From Tubulanus polymorphus (taxonomy: Eukaryota; Animalia; Nemertea), in contig NC_134031.1 in assembly GCF_964204645.1 (NCBI RefSeq), forward strand, positions 21,262,910 to 21,326,909: a stretch of 64,000 nt of DNA, read 5' to 3'. Numbering within the stretch: the first letter of the stretch is position 1; every line of letters starts with the position of its first letter. The notes under the pieces were generated by a model. It was given only the letters and a program-made list of their open reading frames with translations, was not told the origin of the DNA and ran no database searches. Position numbers and translations under genes: made by a program. Below are positions 11,301 through 24,499 of this stretch, piece after piece.

Positions 11301-14300
11301 GATAGCTTAAGGTAAACTGAACTGATTTTGATCAGATGAACTGAAAGATACAGATTTTTCTTGCAAAATAGGGTCCTAAAGATGATGAATTCTATCTAAA
11401 TTGATGGGTTAGGGTGAACTGAACTGATTTCAAATAGATAGGTGGAAAGAATCAGAATTTTCTGGCTGCCTTTGGTTCTGAAGATGTTGGACTCAATCTG
11501 AAAAGATGGGCTAAGGCGTATTGAACTGATTTCAAATAGATAGGTGGAAAGATTAAGAATTTTCTGGCTATTTATGCTCCTGAAGATGATGGACTCGATC
11601 TGAAATGATAGGTTAAGGTAAACTGAACTGATTTCGAGTAGATGGACTGAAAGATACAGATTTTTCTTGCAAAATAGGGTCCTAAAGATGATGAATTCTA
11701 TCTTAATTGATGGGTTAGGGTGAACTGAACTGATTTCAAATAGATAGGTTGAAAGAATCAGAATTTTCTGGCTGCTTTTGGTTCTGAAGATGATGGATTC
11801 AATCTGAAAAGATGTGTTAAGGCGTATTGAACTGATTTCAAATAGATAGGTGGAAAGATTAAGAATTTTCTGGCTATTTATGCTCCTGAAGATGATGGAC
11901 TCGATCTGAAATGATAGGTTAAGGTAGACTGAACTGATTTCGAGTAGATGGACTGAAAAATACAGATTTTTCTTGCAAAATAGGGTCCTAAAGATGATGA
12001 GTTCTATCTTAATTGATGGGTTAGGGTGTACTGAACTGATTTCAAATAGATAGGTGGAAAGATTAAGAATTTTCTGGCTATTTATGCTCCTGAAGATGAT
12101 GGACTCGATCTGAAATGATAGGTTAAGGTAAACTGAACTGATTTCGAATAGATGGACTGAAAGATACAGATTTTTCTTGCAAAATAGGGTCCTAAAGATG
12201 ATGAATTTTATCTTAATTGATGGGTTAGGGTGTACTGAACTGATTTCAAATAGATAGGTTGAAAGAATCAGAATTTTCTGGCTGCTTTTGGTTCTGAAGA
12301 TGATGGATTCAATCTGAATAGATGGGTTAAGGCGTATTGAACTGATTTCAAATGGATAGGTGGAAAGATTAAGAATTTTCTGGCTATTTATGCTCCTGAA
12401 GATGATGGACTCGATCTGAAATGATAGGTTAAGGTAAACTGAACTGTATTCGAGTAGATGGACTGAAAGATACAGATTTTTCTTGCAAAATAGGGTCCTA
12501 AAGATGATGAATTCTATCTTAATTGATGGGTAAGGGTGTACTGAACTGATTTCAAATAGATAGGTGGAACGATTAAGAATTTTCTGGCTATTTATGCTCC
12601 TGAAGATGATGGACTCGATCTGAAATCCATGATAGGTTAAGGTAAACTGAACTGATTTCGAGCAGATGGACTGAAAGATACAGATATTTCTTGGAAAATA
12701 GGGTCCTAAAATGATGAGTTCTATCTTAATTGATGGGTTAGGGTGTACTAAACTGATTTCAAATAGATAGGCGGAAAGATTAAGAATTTCCTGGCTATTT
12801 ATGCTCCTGAAGATGATGGACTCGATCTGAAATGATAGGTTAGGTAAACTGAACTGATTTCGAGAAGATGGACTGAAAGATACAGATTTTTCTTGCAAAA
12901 TAGGGTCCTAAAGATGATGAATTCTATCTTAATTGATGGGTTAGGGTGTACTGAACTGATTTCAAATAGATAGGTGGAAAGAATCAGAATTTTCTGGCTG
13001 CCTTTGGTTCTGAAGATGATGGACTCAATCTGAAAAGATGGGCTAAGGCGTATTGAACTGATTTCAAATAGATAGGTGGAAAGATTAAGAATTTTCTGGC
13101 TATTTATGCTCCTGAAGATGATGGACTCGATCTGAAATGATAGGTTAAGGTAAACTGAACTGATTTCGAGTAGATGGACTGAAAGATACAGATTTTTCTT
13201 GCAAAATAGGGTCCTAAAGATGATGAATTCTATCTTAATTGATGGGTTAGGGTGAACTGAACTGATTTCAAATAGATAGGTTGAAAGAATCAGAATTTTC
13301 TGGCTGCTTTTGGTTCTGAAGATGATGGATTCAATCTGAAAAGATGTGTTAAGGCGTATTGAACTGATTTCAAATAGATAGGTGGAAAGATTAAGAATTT
13401 TCTGGCTATTTATGCTCCTGAAGATGATGGACTCGATCTGAAATGATAGGTTAAGGTAGACTGAACTGATTTCAAATAGATAGGTTGAAAGAATCAGAAT
13501 TTTCTGGCTGCTTTTGGTTCTGAAGATGATGGATTCAATCTGAAAAGATGTGTTAAGGCGTATTGAACTGATTTCAAATAGATAGGTGGAAAGATTAAGA
13601 ATTTTCTGGCTATTTATGCTCCTGAAGATGATGGACTCGATCTGAAATGATAGGTTAAGGTAGACTGAACTGATTTCGAGTAGATGGACTGAAAGATACA
13701 GATTTTTCTTGCAAAATAGGGTCCTAAAGATGATGAGTTCTATCTTAATTGATGGGTTAGGGTGTACTGAACTGATTTCAAATAGATAGGTGGAAAGATT
13801 AAGAATTTTCTGGCTATTTATGCTCCTGAAGATGATGGACTCGATCTGAAATGATAGGTTAAGGTAAACTGAACTGATTTCGAATAGATGGACTGAAAGA
13901 TACAGATTTTTCTTGCAAAATAGGGTCCTAAAGATGATGAATTCTATCTTAATTAATGGGTTAGGGTGTACTGAACTGATTTCAAATAGATAGGTTGAAA
14001 GAATCAGAATTTTCTGGCTGCTTTTGGTTCTGAAGATGATGGATTCAATCTGAAAAGATGTGTTAAGGCGTATTGAACTGATTTCAAATGGATAGGTGGA
14101 AAGATTAAGAATTTCCTGGCTATTTATGCTCCTGAAGATGATGGACTCGATCTGAAATGATAGGTTAAGGTAAACTGAACTGATTTCGAGCAGATGGACT
14201 GAAAGATACAGATTTTTCTTGCAAAATAGGGTCCTAAAGATGATGAATTCTATCTTAATTGATGGGTTAGGGTGTACTGAACTGATTTCAAATAGATAGG

Positions 14301-15749
14301 TTGAAAGAATCAGAATTTTCTGGCTGCTTTTGGTTCTGAAGATGATGGATTCAATCTGAATAGATGGGTTAAGGCGTATTGAACTGATTTCAAATGGATA
14401 GGTGGAAAGATTAAGAATTTTCTGGCTATTTATGCTCCTGAAGATGATGGACTCGATCTGAAATGATAGGTTAAGGTAAACTGAACTGATTTCGAGTAGA
14501 TGGACTGAAAGATACAGATTTTTCTTGCAAAATAGGGTCCTAAAGATGATGAATTCTATCTTAATTGATGGGTAAGGGTGTACTGAACTGATTTCAAATA
14601 GATAGGTGGAACGATTAAGAATTTTCTGGCTATTTATGCTCCTGAAGATGATGGACTCGATCTGAAATGATAGGTTAAGGTAAACTGAACTGATTTCGAG
14701 CAGATGGACTGAAAGATACAGATATTTCTTGGAAAATAGGGTCCTAAAAATGATGAGTTCTATCTTAATTGATGGGTTAGGGTGTACTAAACTGATTTCA
14801 AATAGATAGGCGGAAAGATTAAGAATTTCCTGGCTATTTATGCTCCTGAAGATGATGGACTCGATCTGAAATGATAGGTTAAGGTAAACTGAACTGATTT
14901 CGAGCAGATGGACTGAAAGATACAGATTTTTCTTGCAAAATAGGGTCCTAAAGATGATGAATTCTATCTTAATTGATGGGTTAGGGTGTACTGAACTGAT
15001 TTCAAATAGATAGGTGGAAAGAATCAGAATTTTCTGGCTGCCTTTGGTTCTGAAGATGATGGACTCAATCTGAAAAGATGGGCTAAGGCGTATTGAACTG
15101 ATTTCAAATAGATAGGTGGAAAGATTAAGAATTTTCTGGCTATTTATGCTCCTGAAGATGATGGACTCGATCTGAAATGATAGGTTAAGGTAAACTGAAC
15201 TGATTTCGAGTAGATGGACTGAAAGATACAGATTTTTATTGCAAAATAGGGTCCTAAAGATGATGAATTCTATCTTAATTGATGGGTTAGGGTGAACTGA
15301 ACTGATTTCAAATAGATAGGTTGAAAGAGTCAGAATTTTCTGGCTGCTTTTGGTTCTGAAGATGATGGATTCAATCTGAAAAGATGTGTTAAGGCGTATT
15401 GAACTGATTTCAAATAGATAGGTGGAAAGATTAAGAATTTTCTGGCTATTTATGCTCCTGAAGATGATGGACTCGATCTGAAATGATAGGTTAAGGTAGA
15501 CTGAACTGATTTCGAGTAGATGGACTGAAAGATACAGATTTTTCTTGCAAAATAGGGTCCTATAGATGATGAGTTCTATCTTAATTGATGGGTTAGGGTG
15601 TACTGAACTGATTTCAAATAGATAGGTGGAAAGATTAAGAATTTTCTGGCTATTTATGCTCCTGAAGATGATGGACTCGACCTGAAATGATAGGTTAAGG
15701 TAAACTGAACTGATTTCGAGCAGATGTGAAAGATACAGATTTTTCTTGC

Positions 15750-18700
15750 AAAATAGGGTCCTAAAGATGATGAATTCTATCTTAATTGATGGGTTAGGGT
15801 GTACTGAACTGATTTCAAATAGATAGGTGGAAAGATTAAGAATTTTCTGGCTATTTATGCTCCTGAAGATGATGGACTCGACCTGAAATGAAAGCTTAAG
15901 GTAAACTGAACTGATTTCGATCAGATGAACTGAAAGATACAGATTTTTCTTGCAAAATAGGGTCCTAAAGATGATGAATTCTATCTAAATTGATGGGTTA
16001 GGGTGAACTGAACTGATTTCGAATAGATAGGTGGAAAGAATCAGAATTTTCTGGCTGCCTTTGGTTCTGAAGATGTTGGACTCAATCTGAAAAGATGGGC
16101 TAAGGCGTATTGAACTGATTTCAAATAGATAGGTGGAAAGATTAAGAATTTTCTGGCTATTTATGCTCCTGAAGATGATGGACTCGATCTGAAATGATAG
16201 GTTAAGGTAAACTGAACTGATTTCGAGTAGATGGACTGAAAGATACAGATTTTTCTTGCAAAATAGGGTCCTAAAGATGATGAATTCTATCTTAATTGAT
16301 GGGTTAGGGTGAACTGAACTGATTTCAAATAGATAGGTTGAAAGAATCAGAATTTTCTGGCTGCTTTTGGTTCTGAAGATGATGGATTCAATCTGAAAAG
16401 ATGTGTTAAGGCGTATTGAACTGATTTCAAATAGATAGGTGGAAAGATTAAGAATTTTCTGGCTATTTATGCTCCTGAAGATGATGGACTCGATCTGAAA
16501 TGATAGGTTAAGGTAGACTGAACTGATTTCGAGTAGATGGACTGAAAAATACAGATTTTTCTTGCAAAATAGGGTCCTAAAGATGATGAGTTCTATCTTA
16601 ATTGATGGGTTAGGGTGTACTGAACTGATTTCAAATAGATAGGTGGAAAGATTAAGAATTTTCTGGCTATTTATGCTCCTGAAGATGATGGACTCGATCT
16701 GAAATGATAGGTTAAGGTAGACTGAACTGATTTCGAGTAGATGGACTGAAAGATACAGATTTTTCTTGCAAAATAGGGTCCTAAAGATGATGAGTTCTAT
16801 CTTAATTGATGGGTTAGGGTGTACTGAACTGATTTCAAATAGATAGGTGGAAAGATTAAGAATTTTCTGGCTATTTATGCTCCTGAAGATGATGGACTCG
16901 ATCTGAAATGATAGGTTAAGGTAAACTGAACTGATTTCGAATAGATGGACTGAAAGATACAGATTTTTCTTGCAAAATAGGGTCCTAAAGATGATGAATT
17001 CTATTTTAATTAATGGGTTAGGGTGTACTGAACTGATTTCAAATAGATAGGTAGAAAGAATCAGAATTTTCTGGCTGCCTTTGGTTCTGAAGATGATGGA
17101 CTCAATCTGAAAAGATAGGCTAAGGCGTATTGAACTGATTTCAAATAGATAGGTGGAAAGATTAGGAATTTCCTGGCTATTTATGCTCCTGAAGATGATG
17201 GACTCGATCTGAAATGATAGGTTAAGGTAAACTGAACTGATTTCGAGTAGATGGACTGAAAGATACAGATTTTTCTTGCAAAATAGGGTCCTAAAGATGA
17301 TGAATTCTATCTTAATTGATGGGTTAGGGTGAACTGAACTGATTTCAAATAGATAGGTTGAAATAATCAGAATTTTCTGGCTGCTTTTGGTTCTGAAGAT
17401 GATGGATTCAATCTGAAAAGATGTGTTAAGGCGTATTGAACTGATTTCAAATAGATAGGTGGAAAGATTAAGAATTTTCTGGCTATTTATGCTCCTGAAG
17501 ATGATGGACTCGATCTGAAATGATAGGTTAAGGTAGACTGAACTGATTTCGAGTAGATGGACTGAAAGATACAGATTTTTCTTGCAAAATAGGGTCCTAT
17601 AGATGATGAGTTCTATCTTAATTGATGGGTTAGGGTGTACTGAACTGATTTCAAATAGATAGGTGGAAAGATTAAGAATTTTCTGGCTATTTATGCTCAT
17701 GAAGATGATGGACTCGACCTGAAATGATAGGTTAAGGTAAACTGAACTGATTTCGAGCAGATGAACTGAAAGATACAGATTTTTCTTGCAAAATAGGGTC
17801 CTAAAGATGATGAATTCTATCTTAATTGATGGGTTAGGGTGTACTGAACTGATTTCAAATAGATAGGTGGAAAGATTAAGAATTTTCTGGCTATTTATGC
17901 TCCTGAAGATGATGGACTCGACCTGAAATGATAGCTTAAGGTAAACTGAACTGATTTCGATCAGATGAACTGAAAGATACAGATTTTTCTTGCAAAATAG
18001 GGTCCTAAAGATGATGAATTCTATCTAAATTGATGGGTTAGGGTGAACTGAACTGATTTCAAATAGATAGGTGGAAAGAATCAGAATTTTCTGGCTGCCT
18101 TTGGTTCTGAAGATGTTGGACTCAATCTGAAAAGATGGGCTAAGGCGTATTGAACTGATTTCAAATAGATAGGTGGAAAGATTAAGAATTTTCTGGCTAT
18201 TTATGCTCCTGAAGATGATGGACTCGATCTGAAATGATAGGTTAAGGTAAACTGAACTGATTTCGAGTAGATGGACTGAAAGATACAGATTTTTCTTGCA
18301 AAATAGGGTCCTAAAGATGATGAATTCTATCATAATTGATGGGTTAGGGTGTACTGAACTGATTTCAAATAGATAGGTTGAAAGATTAAGAACTTTCTGG
18401 CTGCTTTTGGTTCTGAAGATGATGGATTCAATCTGAAAAGATGTGTTAAGGCGTATTGAACTGATTTCAAATAGATAGGTGGAAAGATTAAGAATTTTCT
18501 GGCTATTTATGCTCCTGAAGATGATGGACTCGATCTGAAATGATAGGTTAAGGTAGACTGAACTGATTTCGAGTAGATGGACTGAAAAATACAGATTTTT
18601 CTTGCAAAATAGGGTCCTAAAGATGATGAGTTCTATCTTAATTGATGGGTTAGGGTGTACTGAACTGATTTCAAATAGATAGGTGGAAAGATTAAGAATT

Positions 18701-20150
18701 TTCTGGCTATTTATGCTCCTGAAGATGATGGACTCGATCTGAAATGATAGGTTAAGGTAGACTGAACTGATTTCGAGTAGATGGACTGAAAGATACAGAT
18801 TTTTCTTGCAAAATAGGGTCCTAAAGATGATGAGTTCTATCTTAATTGATGGGTTAGGGTGTACTGAACTGATTTCAAATAGATAGGTGGAAAGATTAAG
18901 AATTTTCTGGCTATTTATGCTCCTGAAGATGATGGACTCGATCTGAAATGATAGGTTAAGGTAAACTGAACTGATTTCGAATAGATGGACTGAAAGATAC
19001 AGATTTTTCTTGCAAAATAGGGTCCTAAAGATGATGAATTCTATCTTAATTAATGGGTTAGGGTGTACTGAACTGATTTCAAATAGATAGGTAGAAAGAA
19101 TCAGAATTTTCTGGCTGCCTTTGGTTCTGAAGATGATGGACTCAATCTGAAAAGATAGGCTAAGGCGTATTGAACTGATTTCAAATAGATAGGTGGAAAG
19201 ATTAAGAATTTCCTGGCTATTTATGCTCCTGAAGATGATGGACTCGATCTGAAATGATAGGTTAAGGTAAACTGAACTGATTTCGAGTAGATGGACTGAA
19301 AGATACAGATTTTTCTTGCAAAATAGGGTCCTAAAGATGATGAATTCTATCTTAATTGATGGGTTAGGGTGAACTGAACTGATTTCAAATAGATAGGTGG
19401 AAAGAATCAGAATTTTCTGGCTGCCTTTGGTTCTGAAGATGATGGATTCAATCTGAAAAGATGTGTTAAGGCGCATTGAACTGATTTCAAATAGATAGGT
19501 GGAAAGATTAAGAATTTTCTGGCTATTTATGCTCCTGAAGATGATGGACTCGATCTGAAATGATAGGTTAAGGTAAACTGAACTGATTTCGAGCAGATGG
19601 ACTGAAAGATACAGATTTTTCTTGCAAAATAGGGTCCTATAGATGATGAGTTCTATCTTAATTGATGGGTTAGGGTGTACTGAACTGATTTCAAATAGAT
19701 AGGTGGAAAGATTAAGAATTTTCTGGCTATTTATGCTCATGAAGATGATGGACTCGACCTGAAATGATAGGTTAAGGTAAACTGAACTGATTTCGAGCAG
19801 ATGAACTGAAAGATACAGATTTTTCTTGCAAAATAGGGTCCTAAAGATGATGAATTCTATCTTAATTGATGGGTTAGGGTGTACTGAACTGATTTCAAAT
19901 AGATAGGTGGAAAGATTAAGAATTTTCTGGCTATTTATGCTCCTGAAGATGATGGACTCGACCTGAAATGATAGCTTAAGGTAAACTGAACTTATTTCGA
20001 GCAGATGAACTGAAAGATACAGATTTTTCTTGCAAAATAGGGTCCTAAAGATGATGAATTCTATCTAAATTGATGGGTTAGGGTGAACTGAACTGATTTC
20101 AAATAGATAGGTGGAAAGAATCAGAATTTTCTGGCTGCCTTTGGTTCTGA
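15750..20150. repeat. 2040-bp (20-monomer) higher-order duplication; boundaries approximate
   Basis: The variant TCTATCTAAATT recurs at 15985, 18025 and 20065, and the variant GCTCATGAAG at 17700 and 19740. Spacing is 2040 = 20x102. Confidence 0.9.
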
Positions 20151-23100
20151 AGATGATGGACTCAATCTGAAAAGATGGGCTAAGGCGTATTGAACTGATT
20201 TCAAATAGATAGGTGGAAAGATTAAGAATTTTCTGGCTATTTATGCTCCTGAAGATGATGGACTCGATCTGAAATGATAGGTTAAGGTAAACTGAACTGA
20301 TTTCGAATAGATGGACTGAAAGATACAGATTTTTCTTGCAAAATAGGGTCCTAAAGATGATGAATTCTATCTTAATTAATGGGTTAGGGTGTACTGAACT
20401 GATTTCAAATAGATAGGTTGAAAGAATCAGAATTTTCTGGCTGCTTTTGGTTCTGAAGATGATGGATTCAATCTGAAAAGATGTGTTAAGGCGTATTGAA
20501 CTGATTTCAAATGGATAGGTGGAAAGATTAAGAATTTCCTGGCTATTTATGCTCCTGAAGATGATGGACTCGATCTGAAATGATAGGTTAAGGTAAACTG
20601 AACTGATTTCGAGCAGATGGACTGAAAGATACAGATTTTTCTTGCAAAATAGGGTCCTAAAGATGATGAATTCTATCTTAATTGATGGGTTAGGGTGAAC
20701 TGAACTGATTTCAAATAGATAGGTAGAAAGAATCAGAATTTTCTGGCTGCCTTTGGTTCTGAAGATGATGGACTCAATCTGAAAAGATAGGCTAAGGCGT
20801 ATTGAACTGATTATAAATAGATAGGTGGAAAGATTAAGAATTTCCTGGCTATTTATGCTCCTGAAGATGATGGACTCGATCTGAAATGATAGGTTAAGGT
20901 AAACTGAACTGATTTCGAGTAGATGGACTGAAAGATACAGATTTTTCTTGCAAAATAGGGTCCTAAAGATGATGAATTCTATCTTAATTGATGGGTTAGG
21001 GTGAACTGAACTGATTTCAAATAGATAGGTGGAAAGAATCAGAATTTTCTGGCTGCCTTTGGTTCTGAAGATGATGGATTCAATCTGAAAAGATGTGTTA
21101 AGGCGCATTGAACTGATTTCAAATAGATAGGTGGAAAGATTAAGAATTTTCTGGCTATTTATGCTCCTGAAGATGATGGACTCGATCTGAAATGATAGCT
21201 TAAGGTAAACTGAACTGATTTCGAGCAGATGGACTGAAAGATACAGATTTTTCTTGCAAAATAGGGTCCTATAGATGATGAGTTCTATCTTAATTGATGG
21301 GTTAGGGTGTACTGAACTGATTTCAAATAGATAGGTGGAAAGATTAAGAATTTTCTGGCTATTTATGCTCATGAAGATGATGGACTCGACCTGAAATGAT
21401 AGGTTAAGGTAAACTGAACTGATTTCGAGCAGATGAACTGAAAGATACAGATTTTTCTTGCAAAATAGGGTCCTAAAGATGATGAATTCTATCTTAATTG
21501 ATGGGTTAGGGTGTACTGAACTGATTTCAAATAGATAGGTGGAAAGATTAAGAATTTTCTGGCTATTTATGCTCCTGAAGATGATGGACTCGACCTGAAA
21601 TGATAGCTTAAGGTAAAATGAACTTATTTCGAGCAGATGAACTGAAAGATACAGATATTTCTTGCAAAATAGGGTCCTAAAGATGATGAATTCTATCTAA
21701 ATTGATGGGTTAGGGTGAACTGAACTGATTTCAAATAGATAGGTGGAAAGAATCAGAATTTTCTGGCTGCCTTTGGTTCTGAAGATGATGGACTCAATCT
21801 GAAAAGATGGGCTAAGGCGTATTGAACTGATTTCAAATAGATAGGTGGAAAGATTAAGAATTTTCTGGCTATTTATGCTCCTGAAGATGATGGACTCGAT
21901 CTGAAATGATAGGTTAAGGTAAACTGAACTGATTTCGAGTAGATGGACTGAAAGATACAGATTTTTCTTGCAAAATAGGGTCCTAAAGATGATGAGTTCT
22001 ATCTTAATTGATGGGTTAGGGTGTACTGAACTGATTTCAAATAGATAGGTGGAAAGATTAAGAATTTTCTGGCTATTTATGCTCCTGAAGATGATGGACT
22101 CGACCTGAAATGATAGGTTAAGGTAAACTGAACTGATTTCGAGCAGATGAACTGAAAGATACAGATTTTTCTTGCAAAATAGGGTCCTAAAGATGACGAA
22201 TTCTATCTAAATTGATGGGTTAGGGTGAACTGAACTGATTTCAAATAGATAGGTGGAAAGAATCAGAATTTTCTGGCTGCCTATGGTTCTGAAGATGATG
22301 GACTCAATCTGAAAAGATGGGCTAAGGCGTATTGAACTGATTTCAAATAGATAGGTGGAACGATTAAGAATTTTCTGGCTATTTATGCTCCTGAAGATGA
22401 TGGACTCGATCTGAAATGATAGGTTAAGGTAGACTGAACTGATTTCGAGTAGATGGACTGAAAGATACAGATTTTTCTTGCAAAATAGGGTCCTAAAGAT
22501 GATGAGTTCTATCTTAATTGATGGGTTAGGGTGTACTGAACTGATTTCAAATAGATAGGTGGAAAGATTAAGAATTTTCTGGTTATTTATGCTCCTGAAG
22601 ATGATGGACTCGATCTGAAATGATAGGTTAAGGTAAACTGAACTGATTATGAGTAGCGAATCAGAATTTTCTTGCTGCCTTTGGTTCTGAAGATGATGGA
22701 CTCTATCTGAAAAGATGGGTTAAGGCGTATTGAACTGATTTCAAATAGATAGGTGGAAAGATTAAGAATTTTCTGGCTATTTATGCTCCTGAAGATGATG
22801 GACTCGATCTGAAATGATAGGTTAAGGTAAACTGAACTGATTTCGAGTAGATGGACTGAAAGATACAGATTTTTCTTGCAAAATAGGGTCCTAAAGATGA
22901 TATTTCTATCTTAATTGATGGGTTAGGGTGAACTGAACTGATTTCAAATAGATAGGTGGAAAGAATCAGAATTTTCTGGCTGCCTTTGGTTCTGAAGATG
23001 ATGGATTCAATCTGAAAAGATGGGTTAAGGCGTATTGAACTGATTTCAAATAGATAGGTGGAAAGATTAAGAATTTTATGGCTATTTATGCTCCTGAAGA

Positions 23101-24499
23101 TGATGGACTCGATCTGAAATGATAGGTTAAGGTAGACTGAACTGATTTCGAGTAGATGGACTGAAAGATACAGATTTTTCTTTCAAAATAGGGTCCTAAA
23201 GATGATGAGTTCTATCTTAATTGATGGGTTAGGGTGTACTGAACTGATTTCAAATAGATAGGTTGAAAGAATCAGAATTTTCTGGCTGCTTTTGGTTCTG
23301 AAGATGATGGATTAAATCTGAAAAGATGGGTTAAGGCGTATTGAACTGATTTCAAATGGATAGGTGGAAAGATTAAGAATTTTCTGGCTATTAATGCTCC
23401 TGAAGATGATGGACTCGATCTGAAATGATAGGTTAAGGTAGACTGAACTGATTTCGAGTAGATGGACTGAAAGATACAGATTTTTCTTGCAAAATAGGGT
23501 CCTAAAGATGATGAATTCTATCTTAATTGATGGGTTAGGGTGTACTGAACTGATTTCAAATAGATAGGTTGAAAGAATCAGAATTTTCTGGCTGCTTTTG
23601 GTTCTGAAGATGATGGATTCAATCTGAAAAGATGGGTTAAGGCGTATTGAACTGATTTCAAATGGATAGGTGGAAAGATTAAGAATTTTCTGGCTATTTA
23701 TGCTCCTGAAGATGATGGACTCGATCTGAAATGATAGGTTAAGGTAAACTGAACAGATTTCGAGCAGATGGACTGAAAGATACAGATATTTCTTGCAAAA
23801 TAGGGTCCTAAAGATGATGAGTTCTATCTTAATTGATGGGTTAGGGTGTACTGAACTGATTTCAAATAGATAGGTGGAAAGAATCAGAATTTTCTGGCTG
23901 CCTTTGGTTCTGAAGATGATGGACTCAATCTGAAAAGATGGGCTAAGGCGTATTGAACTGATTTCAAATAGATAGGTGGAAAGATTAAGAATTTTCTGGC
24001 TATTTATGCTCCTGAAGATGATGGACTCGATCTGAAATGATAGGTTAAGGTAAACTGAACTGATTTCGAGTAGATGGACTGAAAGATACAAATTTTTCTT
24101 GCAAAATAGGGTCCTAAAGATGATGAATTCTATCTTAATTGATGGGTAAGGGTGTACTGAACTGATTTCAAATAGATAGGTTGAAAGAATCAGAATTTTC
24201 TGGCTGCTTTTGGTTCTGAAGATGATGGATTCAATCTGAAAAGATGTGTTAAGGCGCATTGAACTGATTTCAAATAGATAAGTGGAAAGATTAAGAATTT
24301 TCTGGCTATTTATGCTCCTGAAAATGATGGACTCGATCTGAAATGATAGGTTAAGGTAAACTGAACTGATTTCGAGTAGATGGACTGAAAGATACAGATT
24401 TTTCTTGCAAAATGGGGTCCTAAAGATGATGAATTCTATCTTAATTGATGGGTTAGGGTGTACTGAACTGATTTCAAATAGATAGGTTGAAAGAATCAG

